This document shows positions 42,177 through 53,700 of a stretch of DNA of 64,000 nucleotides, in pieces. This DNA comes from Myxococcota bacterium. GTDB taxonomy: Bacteria; Myxococcota_A; Polyangia; Nannocystales; Nannocystaceae. Position numbers and translations under genes: made by a program. The stretch is taken from assembly GCA_039194325.1 (NCBI GenBank), contig JBCCWC010000006.1, positions 32,001-96,000 on the forward strand, in the 5' to 3' direction. Position 1 is the stretch's first letter; each line of letters starts with the position of its first letter. The notes under the pieces were generated by a model. It was not told the origin of the DNA. It ran no database searches and saw only the letters and a program-made list of their open reading frames with translations.

Positions 42177-42773
42177 ATGCGACACTTCCCTACACAGCGA
42201 ACGAATGCCGGCATCGGCGGTGAACTCCGCCAGATCTTCAGCGTGATGGCCGCATTCCTCGCTGTGCTCTGGGCCATCGAGTTCGTCGACGTCAGCGTGT
42301 TCCACGGGGCGTTGGACCGCATGGGGATCCTCCCCCGCACCGGGTCGGGGCTGCTCGGCATCCTGACCGCTCCGTTCCTGCACGGCAGCTGGGAGCACCT
42401 GGTGAGCAACACCGTCGGCCTCATCATCTTGGGTGGCCTGACCCTGGCGGTCGGCCGGCGCGAGTTCTTCGCCGTCACCGCCGCCGGCATCGTGGTCGGT
42501 GGCCTGGGCACCTGGATCTTCGGCCGACCCTCGGTCCACATCGGTGCCAGCGGCGTGGTCTTCGCCTACCTGGGCTACCTGGTCCTCCGCGGCTGGTACG
42601 ACCGCCGCTTCGGCTCCATCGCCTTGGCCACCGTGGTCGGCTGGGCCTACGGCAGCATGGTCTTCGGGATGATCCCCGGCATCACCCCCAGCTACATCTC
42701 CTGGGAAGGCCACTTGTTCGGCTTCATCGGCGGCGTGCTGGCCGCCCGAGCCCTCCACCGACGCAGCCGCTGA
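42177..42773 (+). CDS. Rhomboid-family intramembrane serine protease
   Basis: APFLHGSWEHLVSN, HIGASG and SWEGHLFG; gagga RBS. Confidence 0.92.
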   Translation: MRHFPTQRTNAGIGGELRQIFSVMAAFLAVLWAIEFVDVSVFHGALDRMGILPRTGSGLLGILTAPFLHGSWEHLVSNTVGLIILGGLTLAVGRREFFAVTAAGIVVGGLGTWIFGRPSVHIGASGVVFAYLGYLVLRGWYDRRFGSIALATVVGWAYGSMVFGMIPGITPSYISWEGHLFGFIGGVLAARALHRRSR

Positions 42774-42795
42774 GCGGCCCATTGTTCGCCCCCGT

Positions 42796-42827
42796 CAGCG
42801 GGTGCTTGCCAACGCGAGCACCCGCTG
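42796..42827. terminator. GC-rich hairpin after the rhomboid gene
   Basis: cagcgggtgct...agcacccgctg, an 11-bp perfect stem that extends further with a G-U pair; no U tract. Confidence 0.5.
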
Positions 42828-43009
42828 TGCAATTGGGGTGACGTGGTTGGTGCCACCAACGTCGGTCATCAAGATGCCGCCCGGGGGCCATGAGCCCCAT
42901 TAGCGACTCTCCATGGGGGTTCGATCCTCCGATCGACTCTTCCGATCGACTCTATAAACACGATGAGGTGAGCCTGTTATCATCATCGTCTGCACATTCG
43001 CTCTTGGAC

Positions 43010-44383
43010 ATGATGGCTGGCAATACCAAGAACTTGGGCTCCTCGTTGCTCCTGCTGGCGTCCATGGTCGTCGCCTGCAACCCGCCGTTGACCGAGGTCG
43101 ACTCGGATTCCCCCGTGCTGGACACGTTGACCACCGGGGATACGACCTCCACCACCGGTACCGGTTCTGGCTCTGCCCCCGGCCTCGACAGCGGCGACAC
43201 CGGTGATTCCGGGGCCGACACGGACGACACCGGGCCGACGTTCGAGCCGATCTGCGGCGATGGAATCATCGAGGGCGACGAAGAGTGCGACCTCGGCTCA
43301 CAGAACGGCGAGGGCGGGTACTGCACCCTCGCGTGCCTCGCCAACGTCTGCGGTGACGGCTACCTCGGCCCTGGGGAAGCGTGCGATGACGGCAACCAGA
43401 ACAACGGAGATCAGTGCACCACCGATTGCGGCCTGGCAACCTGTGGTGACGGAAGACTTCAGCCCGGCGAGCAGTGCGACGAAGGCGAGAACAACAGCGA
43501 GACCGGCAGTTGCTTGCCGAGCTGCATCTCGGCGTCGTGCGGCGATCTAGCCATTGAGGCGGGGGTCGAGACCTGCGACGGCGTCAACACCGGCGCCGAG
43601 ACCTGCGCCTCGCAGGGCTTCGACCGCGGCGTGCTGGCCTGCTTGAAAAATTGTAGTGATTTCGACACCAGCAACTGTCACCTGTGTGGCAATGACCTCG
43701 TCGAGCCCAACGAGCAGTGCGACGGCAACGAGTTTGACGGCGTTACCTGTGCCGACTATGCACCCGGCGGCACGACCGTCTCCGGTGGCAACCTGACATG
43801 CACCGGCAGCTGTATGATGATCGACAGCAGCGCGTGCACGTTTTGTGGGGATAACATGGCCGATGCCCCCGCAGAGGACTGCGATGGCGCCGATCTCGGC
43901 GCGGTCACCTGTGACGACTTCGCCCCACTCAATACGACCCCCTCGGGCGGAACGCCGGCCTGTAGCCTTACCTGCACCGGGGAGATCGGCACATGCTCCT
44001 ACTGCGGCGATGGAACGGCCGCCGGGACCGAAGAGTGCGACGATCTCGACTTTGCGGGCGCAACGTGTGTGACTGAAGGCTTCGGCAGCGGTGATCTCAG
44101 CTGCACCGCCGACTGCCTCTTCGATCGGTCCACCTGTGTCGATGGATGCGGCAACGGGGTGCAGGAGAACGCTGAGGAATGCGATGGCGACGATTTCGAC
44201 GGAGCAAGCTGTACCGATCTGGGAATCGACTTCGAGGGGAGCTTGATGTGTGATGCCGCCGCGTGCACCATCGATTTCAGTAATTGCTGCATCCCGGTCG
44301 GTGGAGAAAACTGTAGCGACGACGACGACTGCTGCGGCCCCAGCACGTGCGACATGTCGGGAGACCCCAACACCTGCACCTGA
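43010..44383 (+). CDS. Myxococcal Cys-rich repeat (DUF4215-like) lipoprotein
   Basis: Lipobox VVAC; repeated CGDG...E.CDDG and CDG.DF motifs. Confidence 0.85.
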   Translation: MMAGNTKNLGSSLLLLASMVVACNPPLTEVDSDSPVLDTLTTGDTTSTTGTGSGSAPGLDSGDTGDSGADTDDTGPTFEPICGDGIIEGDEECDLGSQNGEGGYCTLACLANVCGDGYLGPGEACDDGNQNNGDQCTTDCGLATCGDGRLQPGEQCDEGENNSETGSCLPSCISASCGDLAIEAGVETCDGVNTGAETCASQGFDRGVLACLKNCSDFDTSNCHLCGNDLVEPNEQCDGNEFDGVTCADYAPGGTTVSGGNLTCTGSCMMIDSSACTFCGDNMADAPAEDCDGADLGAVTCDDFAPLNTTPSGGTPACSLTCTGEIGTCSYCGDGTAAGTEECDDLDFAGATCVTEGFGSGDLSCTADCLFDRSTCVDGCGNGVQENAEECDGDDFDGASCTDLGIDFEGSLMCDAAACTIDFSNCCIPVGGENCSDDDDCCGPSTCDMSGDPNTCT

Positions 44384-44409
44384 GCGGCGAGGCTCCCGTC
44401 ATCTTCGGC

Positions 44410-45000
44410 TCACAGCCGACCCTGCACGCCGTAGGCGGCCAGGGCCACCACCTCGCGCAGTGCTCCGTACAAACGCGGCCACCAACGGGGGTTGAGCGTG
44501 CCCACTCCGCGGACCTCGTCGAAGTAGCGCGCGAACACCCGCTCGCCGCGAAGCACGTGATAGGCGTCGGTGACGATCAGCACGCGCCGGCCCTCGATCA
44601 TCTCGGCGGCGAAGCGGGCGTTGAGCTCCGTAGAGGTGGAGCGAGTCTCGAGCACCAGCGCGGAGCGAGGCACCCCGAGTGACTCGGCCAGGGTCGCGGC
44701 CACCTCGGCCTCGGCGACCCCCGCCTCGCCCACGCCGCCGGTGAGCACCAGCCGATCCGCTCGTCCCTCCGTCAATAGCTCGACCGCCACCCGCACCCGG
44801 GTGGCGAGGGCAACGCTGGGCCGCCCGTCGGGAAAGACGCGGCAGCCGAGGACCACGATCGCGTCCCAGCGTCCCTGCTCCGGACGCCGGCTCAGACCGT
44901 AGCGATGCAGGCCCCATGCCCCGATCCCCCAGACGAGCGCCCCCCCGATCACCGTCCATCGCGCGGCTCGGCGCCAGCACCAGCGGAGCATCGGGCGCAT
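44410..45000 (-). CDS. YdcF/DUF218 (ElyC/SanA-like) protein
   Basis: DAIVVLG, LTGG, EAEV, LETRSTSTELNA and IVTDAYHVLR. Confidence 0.9.
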   Translation of the reverse strand: MRPMLRWCWRRAARWTVIGGALVWGIGAWGLHRYGLSRRPEQGRWDAIVVLGCRVFPDGRPSVALATRVRVAVELLTEGRADRLVLTGGVGEAGVAEAEVAATLAESLGVPRSALVLETRSTSTELNARFAAEMIEGRRVLIVTDAYHVLRGERVFARYFDEVRGVGTLNPRWWPRLYGALREVVALAAYGVQGRL

Positions 45001-45114
45001 GCTACACCGACCCGGCGACGGCAACGGGGCACCTGATCCGGACCGCACGGTGGCACCGGACCCGATCGAGCACGGACACGAACCCTCGCCCCGCGTGGCG
45101 CCGCGATCCTCATC

Positions 45115-45936
45115 ATGCCCGAGGGCGATTCCCTGCACTTCATGGCCGCGTCGATCCGACCGCACCTGGTCGGCCAGCCGATCGAGCGCATGCACCTACG
45201 CGAGCGCGGTGACGTGGCCGTGGTCCGAGGCCACCCGGTCGACCACGTGGAGGTGGTGGGTAAGCACTTGCTGGTGCTGATCGATCGACGATGGACCCTG
45301 CACGTGCACCTGGGCATGAAGGGGCGATGGCACACCTACGAGGCCGGAGCGCAGTGGCGGCGAGCGATGGCCGCGAGCACCGCGACGCTGGTGATGCCCA
45401 CGGTGACGCTGGCGATCTTTCGCTCGGCCCGGCACGAGCTCCGGCCCTACCGCGACATGCGGCTCGAGCAAGAGCTTCGTCGGCTGGGTCCCGACCTGCT
45501 CGCCCCAACGCTCGACGCGACCGCGGTGCTGGCTCGCGCCCGCGCACCCGGCCACCGCGACATGGCGGTGACCGACCTGCTCCTCGACCAGACCGTGGCG
45601 GCGGGGATCGGCAACGTGTACCGCAGCGAAGTACTGTTCGTGACCGGCCTATATCCGTGGATCCGGGTCGAAGCGCTCGATGACTCCACCTTGATAACGT
45701 TGTTCCAGCGCGCGAGAGCGCTCATGCAGACCAATGTGGGCCCTTGGCGCCGGGCCACGGTGGGCGAGCGCCGCGGGGTGCGTCGGCAGCCGGGGCGGCC
45801 GCGGCTGTGGGTCTACCGGCGCGAGGGCCTACCGTGCCTGCGGTGCCAAATGCTCGTTCGTCGCAGTATCGAGGGCCGCCAGGCGCGATCGACCTACTGG
45901 TGCCCACGCTGTCAGCCTGAGCCGACGAAAATTTAA
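45115..45936 (+). CDS. nei: Fpg/Nei-family DNA glycosylase (endonuclease VIII-like)
   Basis: N-terminal MPEGD, GKHL, HLGMKG, LLLDQTVAAGIGNVYRSE and zinc finger CLRC...CPRCQ. Confidence 0.9.
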   Translation: MPEGDSLHFMAASIRPHLVGQPIERMHLRERGDVAVVRGHPVDHVEVVGKHLLVLIDRRWTLHVHLGMKGRWHTYEAGAQWRRAMAASTATLVMPTVTLAIFRSARHELRPYRDMRLEQELRRLGPDLLAPTLDATAVLARARAPGHRDMAVTDLLLDQTVAAGIGNVYRSEVLFVTGLYPWIRVEALDDSTLITLFQRARALMQTNVGPWRRATVGERRGVRRQPGRPRLWVYRREGLPCLRCQMLVRRSIEGRQARSTYWCPRCQPEPTKI

Positions 45937-46051
45937 GGATCCATGAAAGGTCGGACGATGGTACGGAACGCTTAGGCCCTCGCGGCCCGACGCACGGTGG
46001 TTGCCGGTAACACCTCGGCTACCCCCGCGTACCCAACCTGTCGGAGGAGAC

Positions 46052-47539
46052 ATGAGCACGACCCTGAGCATGTGGCTGGGCATTGCGTTCCTGGCCCTCG
46101 CCATCATCGCCGTTTTGTTGCAGGCATGGTTGTGGGGTCCCAAGTTCTGGGACGACGAAGCCAAGAAGACCCGCGCCCCCAAATTCTGGCTGCGTATGCA
46201 CGCGCTGGCCGGCTACACGTATGGCGTCATCTACGTCTTGATGATGTGGTTCATGCTCCCGCGCCTGTGGGAGTACCAGTACGAGCTGCCCGCGCGCACG
46301 GTGATCCACGCCGTGCTGGGCATCGTGATCGGGGTGCTGCTGATCACCAAGATCGTGATCTTGCTGTTCTTCCGGCACTTCGAGGAGTCGATGCCCAGCT
46401 TCGGCTTCGGGCTGCTGATCTCCACGGTCGCGATGACCATGCTGTCGGTGCCCTACGCGCTGCGCGCCCACGACCTATCGGGGCGGACGACCGACCCGGA
46501 CAACGTGGAACGCGTACGCAAGCTGCTAGCAGAAGTGGAGATGGAACAAGAGATCGCGGTCGAAGATCTCATCACCGAGAAAGCCTTCGATCGCGGGCGT
46601 CAAGTGCTCGTGAAGAAATGCATCACCTGCCACGACATGCGCACGGTGCTCGTCAAGCCGCGCACGGCCAAGGGCTGGTACAAGGTCAACCAGCGCATGC
46701 TGGAGAAGCCGGCGGTGTTCGGCGAGCAGCTCGACCCAGCCGACATCCCCTACGTCACCGCGTACCTGGTGGCGATCACGCCCGATATCCAAAAATCAGC
46801 CCGGGAGAAGCGCGAGCAGAGCCGGGCGGTCATGGCCCGCACCAACGCGATGGTCGATGCGGTTCACAACGCCGACGCGGCCGAGATCAAGGTCGACGAG
46901 GCAGCCGGCGAGAAGCTGCTCCAGGCCAAGTGCATCGACTGTCACGAGATGGACGAGGTCGAAGAACACGGCGGCGACGACCTGATCGGCTGGCGCGGGG
47001 TGGTCGCAGCCATGGTCGAGGAGGGCATGGAGGTCACCGACGAAGAGGCCGACTTGCTGGCCCGGTACCTCACGGTGAAATGGCCGGCCACGAACAAGCC
47101 CATGCCCGCCATTCCCGACACGCCGGATGACGACCGAGCCGACGACGAAGCAGCGGATGACGCCGAAGGCGAGGCCAAGCCGGCCCCCGAGGCCGCCGCT
47201 GGGGCCGCCGCCGGGGATCCCGCCGCCGGGGGCGAGACTGGCGACCAGCCCAAGCCCAAGCCCAAGAAGAAGGCCAAGGCCAAGCCCAAGTTCGACAAGA
47301 AAGCGGGGCGCACGATCTTCATGAAGAAGTGCAAGGCGTGCCACGGGTCCAACGGCAAGGGCGACACTCCCTTCGGACGCAAGGTCCAGGTGCGCTCGCT
47401 GTCGCGGAGCGGCCGCTCCCACAAGAAGATCCGGGCGCTCACCGCCAACGGCGTGCCCGGGACCAAGATGAAGCCGTACCGCGGCAAGCTCAACGACAAG
47501 GAGCTCGACGACGTGGCGGCGTTCGTACGCGCGCTGTAA
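46052..47539 (+). CDS. Membrane-anchored multiheme cytochrome c (4 TM + 3 CxxCH)
   Basis: Four TM helices with His (RMHALAG, VIHAVLG); CITCH, CIDCH and CKACH; ggagga RBS. Confidence 0.85.
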   Translation: MSTTLSMWLGIAFLALAIIAVLLQAWLWGPKFWDDEAKKTRAPKFWLRMHALAGYTYGVIYVLMMWFMLPRLWEYQYELPARTVIHAVLGIVIGVLLITKIVILLFFRHFEESMPSFGFGLLISTVAMTMLSVPYALRAHDLSGRTTDPDNVERVRKLLAEVEMEQEIAVEDLITEKAFDRGRQVLVKKCITCHDMRTVLVKPRTAKGWYKVNQRMLEKPAVFGEQLDPADIPYVTAYLVAITPDIQKSAREKREQSRAVMARTNAMVDAVHNADAAEIKVDEAAGEKLLQAKCIDCHEMDEVEEHGGDDLIGWRGVVAAMVEEGMEVTDEEADLLARYLTVKWPATNKPMPAIPDTPDDDRADDEAADDAEGEAKPAPEAAAGAAAGDPAAGGETGDQPKPKPKKKAKAKPKFDKKAGRTIFMKKCKACHGSNGKGDTPFGRKVQVRSLSRSGRSHKKIRALTANGVPGTKMKPYRGKLNDKELDDVAAFVRAL

Positions 47540-47671
47540 GGCGCGCGAGTCGAGCAGGCAAGCTCTACGCCGAGGCGCCGGGTCGATCGACCTGGCGCCT
47601 TTGCCATTTAACTCACCAGACTCAGCCGACCGCGGCTCGATGAGGCAACGAGCCGCACGAGCGGTTCAGCG

Positions 47672-48286
47672 TTAGAGCAACCCCACCTCGCGCAAGAGCC
47701 GGCCCACCGCCAAAAGCGGCAGCCCCATGATCCCGGTGTAGTCCTGCCCCTCGATCCGCTCGAAGAGCTTGATGCCCGCGTCTTCGATCCGATAGCTGCC
47801 CGCGCACTCAAGCGGGCGGTGACGACGGACGTAGCGCTCGACCTCGGCCCGCTCAAGCGCGCGCATCGTGAGTCGCTGCTCGTCGATGGTCTCCCGCCAC
47901 TGGTCGCGCTCGGGGTGCAGCAAGACCACGCCGGTGGTCAGGTGATGCGTCTGCCCGGAGAGGGCCATGAGGTGCTCGACGGCCACCTCCTCACGACCGG
48001 GCTTGTCGAGCAGGCGGCGAGGAGGACCGGGGAGCACGGCGACCTGATCGGCGGCGAGGATCCAGCGCTGCGGGAAACGACCGGCCAGGCTCTGCGCCTT
48101 GCCCCGCGCCATCGCCAGCGCAAACTCGGCGTCGGCGAGATCGTCGAAGCGACCGAGCTCGGCGCTCTCGTCGAAGTTGGGGGAGGCAACCTCGAACGGG
48201 ATCTCCAGGCGCGCGAGCAAGGTTCGTCGGGCCGCCGAGGTGGACCCGAGGATCATCGGCTCTGGTCTGGGCTTGGCTACCGACAC
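47672..48286 (-). CDS. maf: Maf-family nucleoside triphosphate pyrophosphatase
   Basis: ILGSTSAARR, FDES, ADQV, LDKP, LSGQTH, CAGSYRIE and IMGLPL. Start uncertain (48256-48313). Confidence 0.92.
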   Translation of the reverse strand: MSVAKPRPEPMILGSTSAARRTLLARLEIPFEVASPNFDESAELGRFDDLADAEFALAMARGKAQSLAGRFPQRWILAADQVAVLPGPPRRLLDKPGREEVAVEHLMALSGQTHHLTTGVVLLHPERDQWRETIDEQRLTMRALERAEVERYVRRHRPLECAGSYRIEDAGIKLFERIEGQDYTGIMGLPLLAVGRLLREVGLL

Positions 48287-50499
48287 TTGGGTAGATCCAG
48301 CATGCGTTCCCAACGCTTGCAGTTCTTCTTGCCGCCGCCCGACTTGCCGCCGCCAGACTTGCTGCCGCCGCCCGACTTGCTGCTGCTACCGCCGCCGGAC
48401 TTTCCGCCGCCGCCACCGGACTTGCTGCCGCTGCCCTTGCTGGGCGGGGGAGGTTCCTCCTCCTCGATGATGAGCTCACCGCCGGTGGCCTCGACGGGCG
48501 CAAGGGCCTCGAGCTGAAGGATCACCTCGGTCCGGCGCGCCTCCAAACCCTCGCACTGCACGGCATCGGCCAGATCAGCCTCGCTGAGATCGTCGCCGAC
48601 CTTGGCCCGAGGAGGCTTGGTGCCGTCGACGTCGCCCAGATATTTGTACTCGGACCAGCCGGCGACCTCCTCGAGAGCCTCGCGGTAGGTGGTGCACGGC
48701 GCCAGAGCGTCGCTGGCTTGCCAAAGATCGATCGCCCGGTGACGCCGCCAGTCGACGAGCGGCTCGTTCTCCTCGAACTTGGACAGCTCCTGCAGGGCCC
48801 GCTGCCGGTCGGCATAGCCCAAGGGCCGGTCGTTGTTGATGAGCTCGAGCAGGAAGGTGTGACCGTAGCGGCCCATCTTGCGTACCGCGAAATCGAGGGC
48901 CTCGGTGCGTAGCTTGGAATCCTCGAGCAGTTGGTTGAGCTCGGCGTAGAAATCGGGGTCGTCGAGCAGGTCGCGGTTCTTCTCGAGCGCCTCGCCGTAG
49001 GAAGAAAGCGCCTTGAGCTTGTTCTGCTTGTTGTTGCGCCGCTTGTAGAAGATCCGACCCTGACGCCACAGCAAGGTAGCGCTGCCCGGGAACTCGTCGA
49101 GCATGGGCCCGAGCACCTTCTCGGCGTCGCTGAGCTTGTCGGAGAAGACGAGACGATCGACCTCGGCCAAGCGAGCGTCGTCGGGACCATCCTCGATGAC
49201 GAGGCTAGGGCCCTCTTCTTGGGCGGGGACGACCTCAGGGCCCTCGTCGTCGTCGGACGAGACGACCGGCGCGGTCCCACCATCACCCGTCTGGGCCGGG
49301 TCATCGCCACCCTGGGCCATCCACGCGACCAGGGCGAGCAAGACCACGGCCGCGCCTCCGATGAGCGGCCATCGGCTCCGGGGAGCCTGGATCGCCCCCG
49401 CCCCCGGCGGCAAGGTGGGCAAGGACGAAGGAGAAAACGAACCCGAGCTCTCCCGACGAGCCGCCATGGCCACGGGACCCGTGCCGGAACCCGCGGCGGC
49501 CACGTGCAGGGAGCTAGAACCGCCCCGACCCACGTGGATCGGCACCGAGCCGCCGTGGCTGAGCACGATGGGCCCGGAGGTGGTCGAGCCCAGGATCGTG
49601 ACCCCGGAGATCACGTCGGAGGACGCCACGGCGGGCAACACCAGCTCGAGCGCCTCGCGAGCCTCGGTGGCCGACTGGTAGCGGTCGTCGCGATCCTTGG
49701 ACAGCAGCTTCATGACGACGTCGGACAAGGCCGGGGCGACGTCGTCGGGCAACGGCGGCGGATCCTTGCTGACCTGCATCCGCACAAGCTTGACGGGATC
49801 GTCGCTCTCGAAGGGCGGAACGCCGTTGAGCATCTCGTAGAGGATCACGCCCACGGCGTAGAGATCGGCGCGAGCGTCGGCCTCCATGCCCATGGCCTGC
49901 TCGGGGCTCATGTAGGCGGGAGTGCCGAAGATCAGGCCCGCCTTGGTCATGCGCGTGTCGTTGGTGCTACCGCCCACCAGCTTGGCAATGCCGAAGTCGA
50001 CGAGCTTGAGCACCTCCCGACCGTCGTGGTCTCGGGTGACGAAGACGTTCTCGGGCTTGATGTCGCGATGGATCACGCCGTGCTCGTGGGCGTGCTCGAG
50101 ACCTCGCAAGATCTGCAAGACCATGAGCACCGCCCGCTCGGCGGGCATGGGCTCGCCCATGCGATCGCCGAGCTCGCCGCCCGACAGCAGATCCATGACC
50201 ATGAACTTGACGCCGTCGTCGGTGCTGCCGACGTCGGTCACCCGTAGACAGTTGGGGTGGTCGAGGCGCGAGGCGGAGTGAGCCTCTCGATCAAAGCGCT
50301 TGGAGATCTCGGGGTCGCGGGTCAGATCCGGGTGCAGGACCTTGATGGCGACGTCGCGCTTGAGACCGAGGTGGTGCCCCCGGAACACCGCACCCATGCC
50401 CCCCACGCCGAGGGCCTCGTCGACCTTGTACCGGTCCACGATGGTCGTGCCCGGCAACTCCCGCAGCGTGGGATGCAGGCTTTCGAGGGCTTCGCTCAT
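48277..50499 (-). CDS. Membrane Ser/Thr protein kinase
   Basis: LGVGGMG, VAIK, HRDIKPEN, DFG and GTPAYMSPEQ; TM segment; TPR-like C-terminal domain. Confidence 0.95.
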   Translation of the reverse strand: MSEALESLHPTLRELPGTTIVDRYKVDEALGVGGMGAVFRGHHLGLKRDVAIKVLHPDLTRDPEISKRFDREAHSASRLDHPNCLRVTDVGSTDDGVKFMVMDLLSGGELGDRMGEPMPAERAVLMVLQILRGLEHAHEHGVIHRDIKPENVFVTRDHDGREVLKLVDFGIAKLVGGSTNDTRMTKAGLIFGTPAYMSPEQAMGMEADARADLYAVGVILYEMLNGVPPFESDDPVKLVRMQVSKDPPPLPDDVAPALSDVVMKLLSKDRDDRYQSATEAREALELVLPAVASSDVISGVTILGSTTSGPIVLSHGGSVPIHVGRGGSSSLHVAAAGSGTGPVAMAARRESSGSFSPSSLPTLPPGAGAIQAPRSRWPLIGGAAVVLLALVAWMAQGGDDPAQTGDGGTAPVVSSDDDEGPEVVPAQEEGPSLVIEDGPDDARLAEVDRLVFSDKLSDAEKVLGPMLDEFPGSATLLWRQGRIFYKRRNNKQNKLKALSSYGEALEKNRDLLDDPDFYAELNQLLEDSKLRTEALDFAVRKMGRYGHTFLLELINNDRPLGYADRQRALQELSKFEENEPLVDWRRHRAIDLWQASDALAPCTTYREALEEVAGWSEYKYLGDVDGTKPPRAKVGDDLSEADLADAVQCEGLEARRTEVILQLEALAPVEATGGELIIEEEEPPPPSKGSGSKSGGGGGKSGGGSSSKSGGGSKSGGGKSGGGKKNCKRWERMLDLPKCR

Positions 50500-50786
50500 G
50501 GAAGGGCAATCGCGAGAATAGCAAGATGGATGCGGACGTGCCGTGCCCCACGCACCAAACCGTTCGAGGGCCCAGCAAGCGGCCGCCGTCGTACGCGCGC
50601 GTGGCGCTGGCCGCCTGCGGCGGCACGTCCCCGGGGTGGAACGCTGTCAGCGCGGGCCGGGTCCGGCGTGCGGCCCACTGCACAGCCCACTGCACAGCCT
50701 GCGGAATCGTGACCAACGAACGACGAGCGCACGCGCGGTGAAGGTGGCCTCGTGGAGTGGCGAGCGCCACACGAAATCACCGGTCA

Positions 50787-53700
50787 CTACTTGACGGGCT
50801 TGGTGCGCACTGTGTCCTGCTCGGGGTCGGTGGCGTCGGACTCATCGGGGTTTTCGATGAAGCTGGTGCCGAGATCTTGCTCGATGCGAGCCAACGCCTC
50901 TTGCGCCCAATGGGCCAAGGACAGCTCGTTGGCGGCGTGGAAATCGGCGAGCATCTCCTCGAGCTCACGCCGGGCCCGAGCGCTCTGTCCGAGCATGTGC
51001 GCAACCTCGGCGTCGAGCAGCCGCAATTGCTGCACGGCGAGGTGCTCGCCCTGGATCTGCATCATGCCGTCCTTGGCCTCGCCGAGCATGGCGGCGCCCT
51101 CCTCGACCTCGCCCCGACGCGCCATCACGTAGCCCAAAAAACCGCGGTTGAGGTGGACGTGGTAGTCGAAGCCATAAACGCTGGCCAGACGGATCGACTC
51201 GCGAAAGGCCTGCTCGGCGAGCGCGAGATCGTCGTTGCGCAGCCGCAGATCCCCCAGGTTGTGCAGCGGGGTGAGCAACAGCCGCGACATCTTCGAGGCG
51301 CGGATCTCCTCGAGCGCTCTCTCGGTCTCGGGGATCGCTCGCTCGGGATCGCCCCCGAGTACCGCGAGGTAGGCGATCCCCGACAGGTAGCTCTGCCGCT
51401 GCACGACGGGCACCCGGGCGGCGATCGGCTTGGCGGCGTCGTGAAGCCGGCGCGCTTGGCCTAGCTGCCCCGACAAGGTCAGACATCGCAAGCGCACGCC
51501 CATGATGTGGCACTTGTCGACCTCGCTGGCCCCTTCCACGTGGAGGATCGCCATGGCTTGGCGGCTCCACTCGCTGGCCTTCTCGATCTCGCCCGCGCCG
51601 AGCAAGACCTCGGCCCGCCGGTTGTCGATCCGTAGCTCGAGCGCTCGATCGTGCGCCATGCGGGCGGCCTCGGAGGCATGCTCGAGCCGCTCGAGGGCCA
51701 GCTCGATATCGGACATGGCGGTGGTGGTGTAGCGATCGACCAAGCCCAGCCAGAACAAGGCCTCGGCCCGAAAGTCACCAACGAGCTCGGCCACCAGGAT
51801 CCCGGCCTGGTAGTGGCTCATCTCGCGTCGCGGATCTTCGAGCGCGCCGGCAGCCAGGTTGAGCAGCCGCAGCTGCGCCTTGAGCAGCCGAGGCAGGGCG
51901 ACGGCCCGACCGTAGCGACGCAGGCGACGGATCAACCGCTCGAGCACCTGGGCGGCGAGCTGGGGCTGCTCGGCCTGAAACAGGGTGTCGGCGGCCTGCT
52001 CGAGGGCGTCGACCGACTCGAGGCTCTCGGAGGCGTCGTCGAGCAGACGCGCGCGCAAGAACACATAGGTGGGATCGCTGGTCTCGAGCTCCTCGATCCG
52101 GTCGGCGAGATCGAGGCGCGTCTCGTCGAGGGAATCGGCGTAGCGGCTGCGGACGGCCTCGCGCACCGACTCGTGAGCGACGGCCACGATGCTGGCCCCC
52201 GAGGCCGCGTTGCGGGTGATGAGCCCCTCCCCCTCGAGGCGGTCGAGGGTACGCTTGAACCGCTCGGCCCGAAGATCGGAGAGCGAGGCGAGCTGCTCCT
52301 CGGGCAACGGCGCCTCCACTAAATAGAGGATGCACGCGATCTCCCAGCCGGAGACGCCCAAGCCGTCGAGGCGCGACTCGGATCGCTGCGCGAGGGTCTT
52401 GTGCAGCTCGTCGGCGGCCGCCGAGGCTCCCCGCAGCACCCAGGTGTCGGCCTCGCGGACGAGGATCCCCTCTTCGATGAGCACCCGCAAGGTCTCGCGA
52501 AAGCTCAGCGGGTGGCCCCCGGTGAGCTTGTCGAGCATGATGGCGAGCTCCTTGAGGGTGGGAGTGTCGCCCAGGATGCCTTGCAGCACCGAGTACATCT
52601 CCCGGCCGGTGAAGGGACGCAGGCTCCACAGCTCGGCCACCTGGTCGCGCCCCAGACCCATGAGGATCGGGCTTATCTTGCTGTGCGGTTCGGTGGTGGC
52701 ACACAGCAGGATCGGCGCGTCGTTGTGATCGATCGCCCGACACAGCTGTTCGAAGGCGACGCGTACGGGCTCTTGAGCGCGCGACAGATCGCTCAAATGC
52801 AGCACGTAGGGGCGCTCGATCGCGGCGGCCAGCAAGAACTCGCTGAGCTGCTGCGCGGCGACCTCGGCCCCCGCGACCGAGGGCGAACGCGCCGACCGGA
52901 CGAGGCCCTTGAACCGCCGTGCAACCAGTGACCTGTCGCCGAGCGCGGTAGCCAGCTGGGTCACGACGCTGGCGAACGGCCCCAGCACGGAAGACTCGTT
53001 GCCCCAGCAGCTGCCCTGAACGAACAAGCCGTCGCCCAGCTGGATCTCGCGACGCAGCTCGGAGAGCAGGCGACCCTTGCCCATACCCTCGGGCGCCTTG
53101 ACGACCACGGTACGGATCAGCCGCGTCTTGCTGTGCACCCCCGAGTTGGCCGCTGGATCCTCGCCGATGATCACCGGCCCGTCGTCGATGGTGGTGGCCG
53201 CGGCGGCTTCGTCGAACTCGTCGGCAGCCGGCTCCCCGCCCTCGCCGGTTGTCGAGCTGGCAGAGCGCTCGGCGTGGTCGACCCCGACACCCGAGCCGAG
53301 CGTGCTGCGACCGACGATATCGGAGGCCTTGTCGAGCAAGAGCTCCAAGTAGTGGGCTCGGTCGACGAAGGGGAGGTGCTCGACGAGCATTCGCGCGAAT
53401 TCGCGCCGATCTCGGGCGCTCTGCTGGCGATCGCGCAGATGGCTGGCCTCGCGGCGCAGAAGCTCGAGCACGATGCTCCGCGCACTCTGGGGGCGCCGGT
53501 TGGGATCGGGCTGGAGCATGCGACCGACCAGCTCGGCCACCACCGGGCCGGTTTGCTGCAACAGCGAGCCCGCCAGCTCGGGTCGCCAGTCCCGCTGAGC
53601 TCGCAGCACCTCCTTGAAGGTCTTGCCGGAGAAGGGTTTTTGCCCCCCGCGTGCGGCCGCATAGATGGTGGCGGCCAGCGAGTAGATGTCGGAGCGACCA

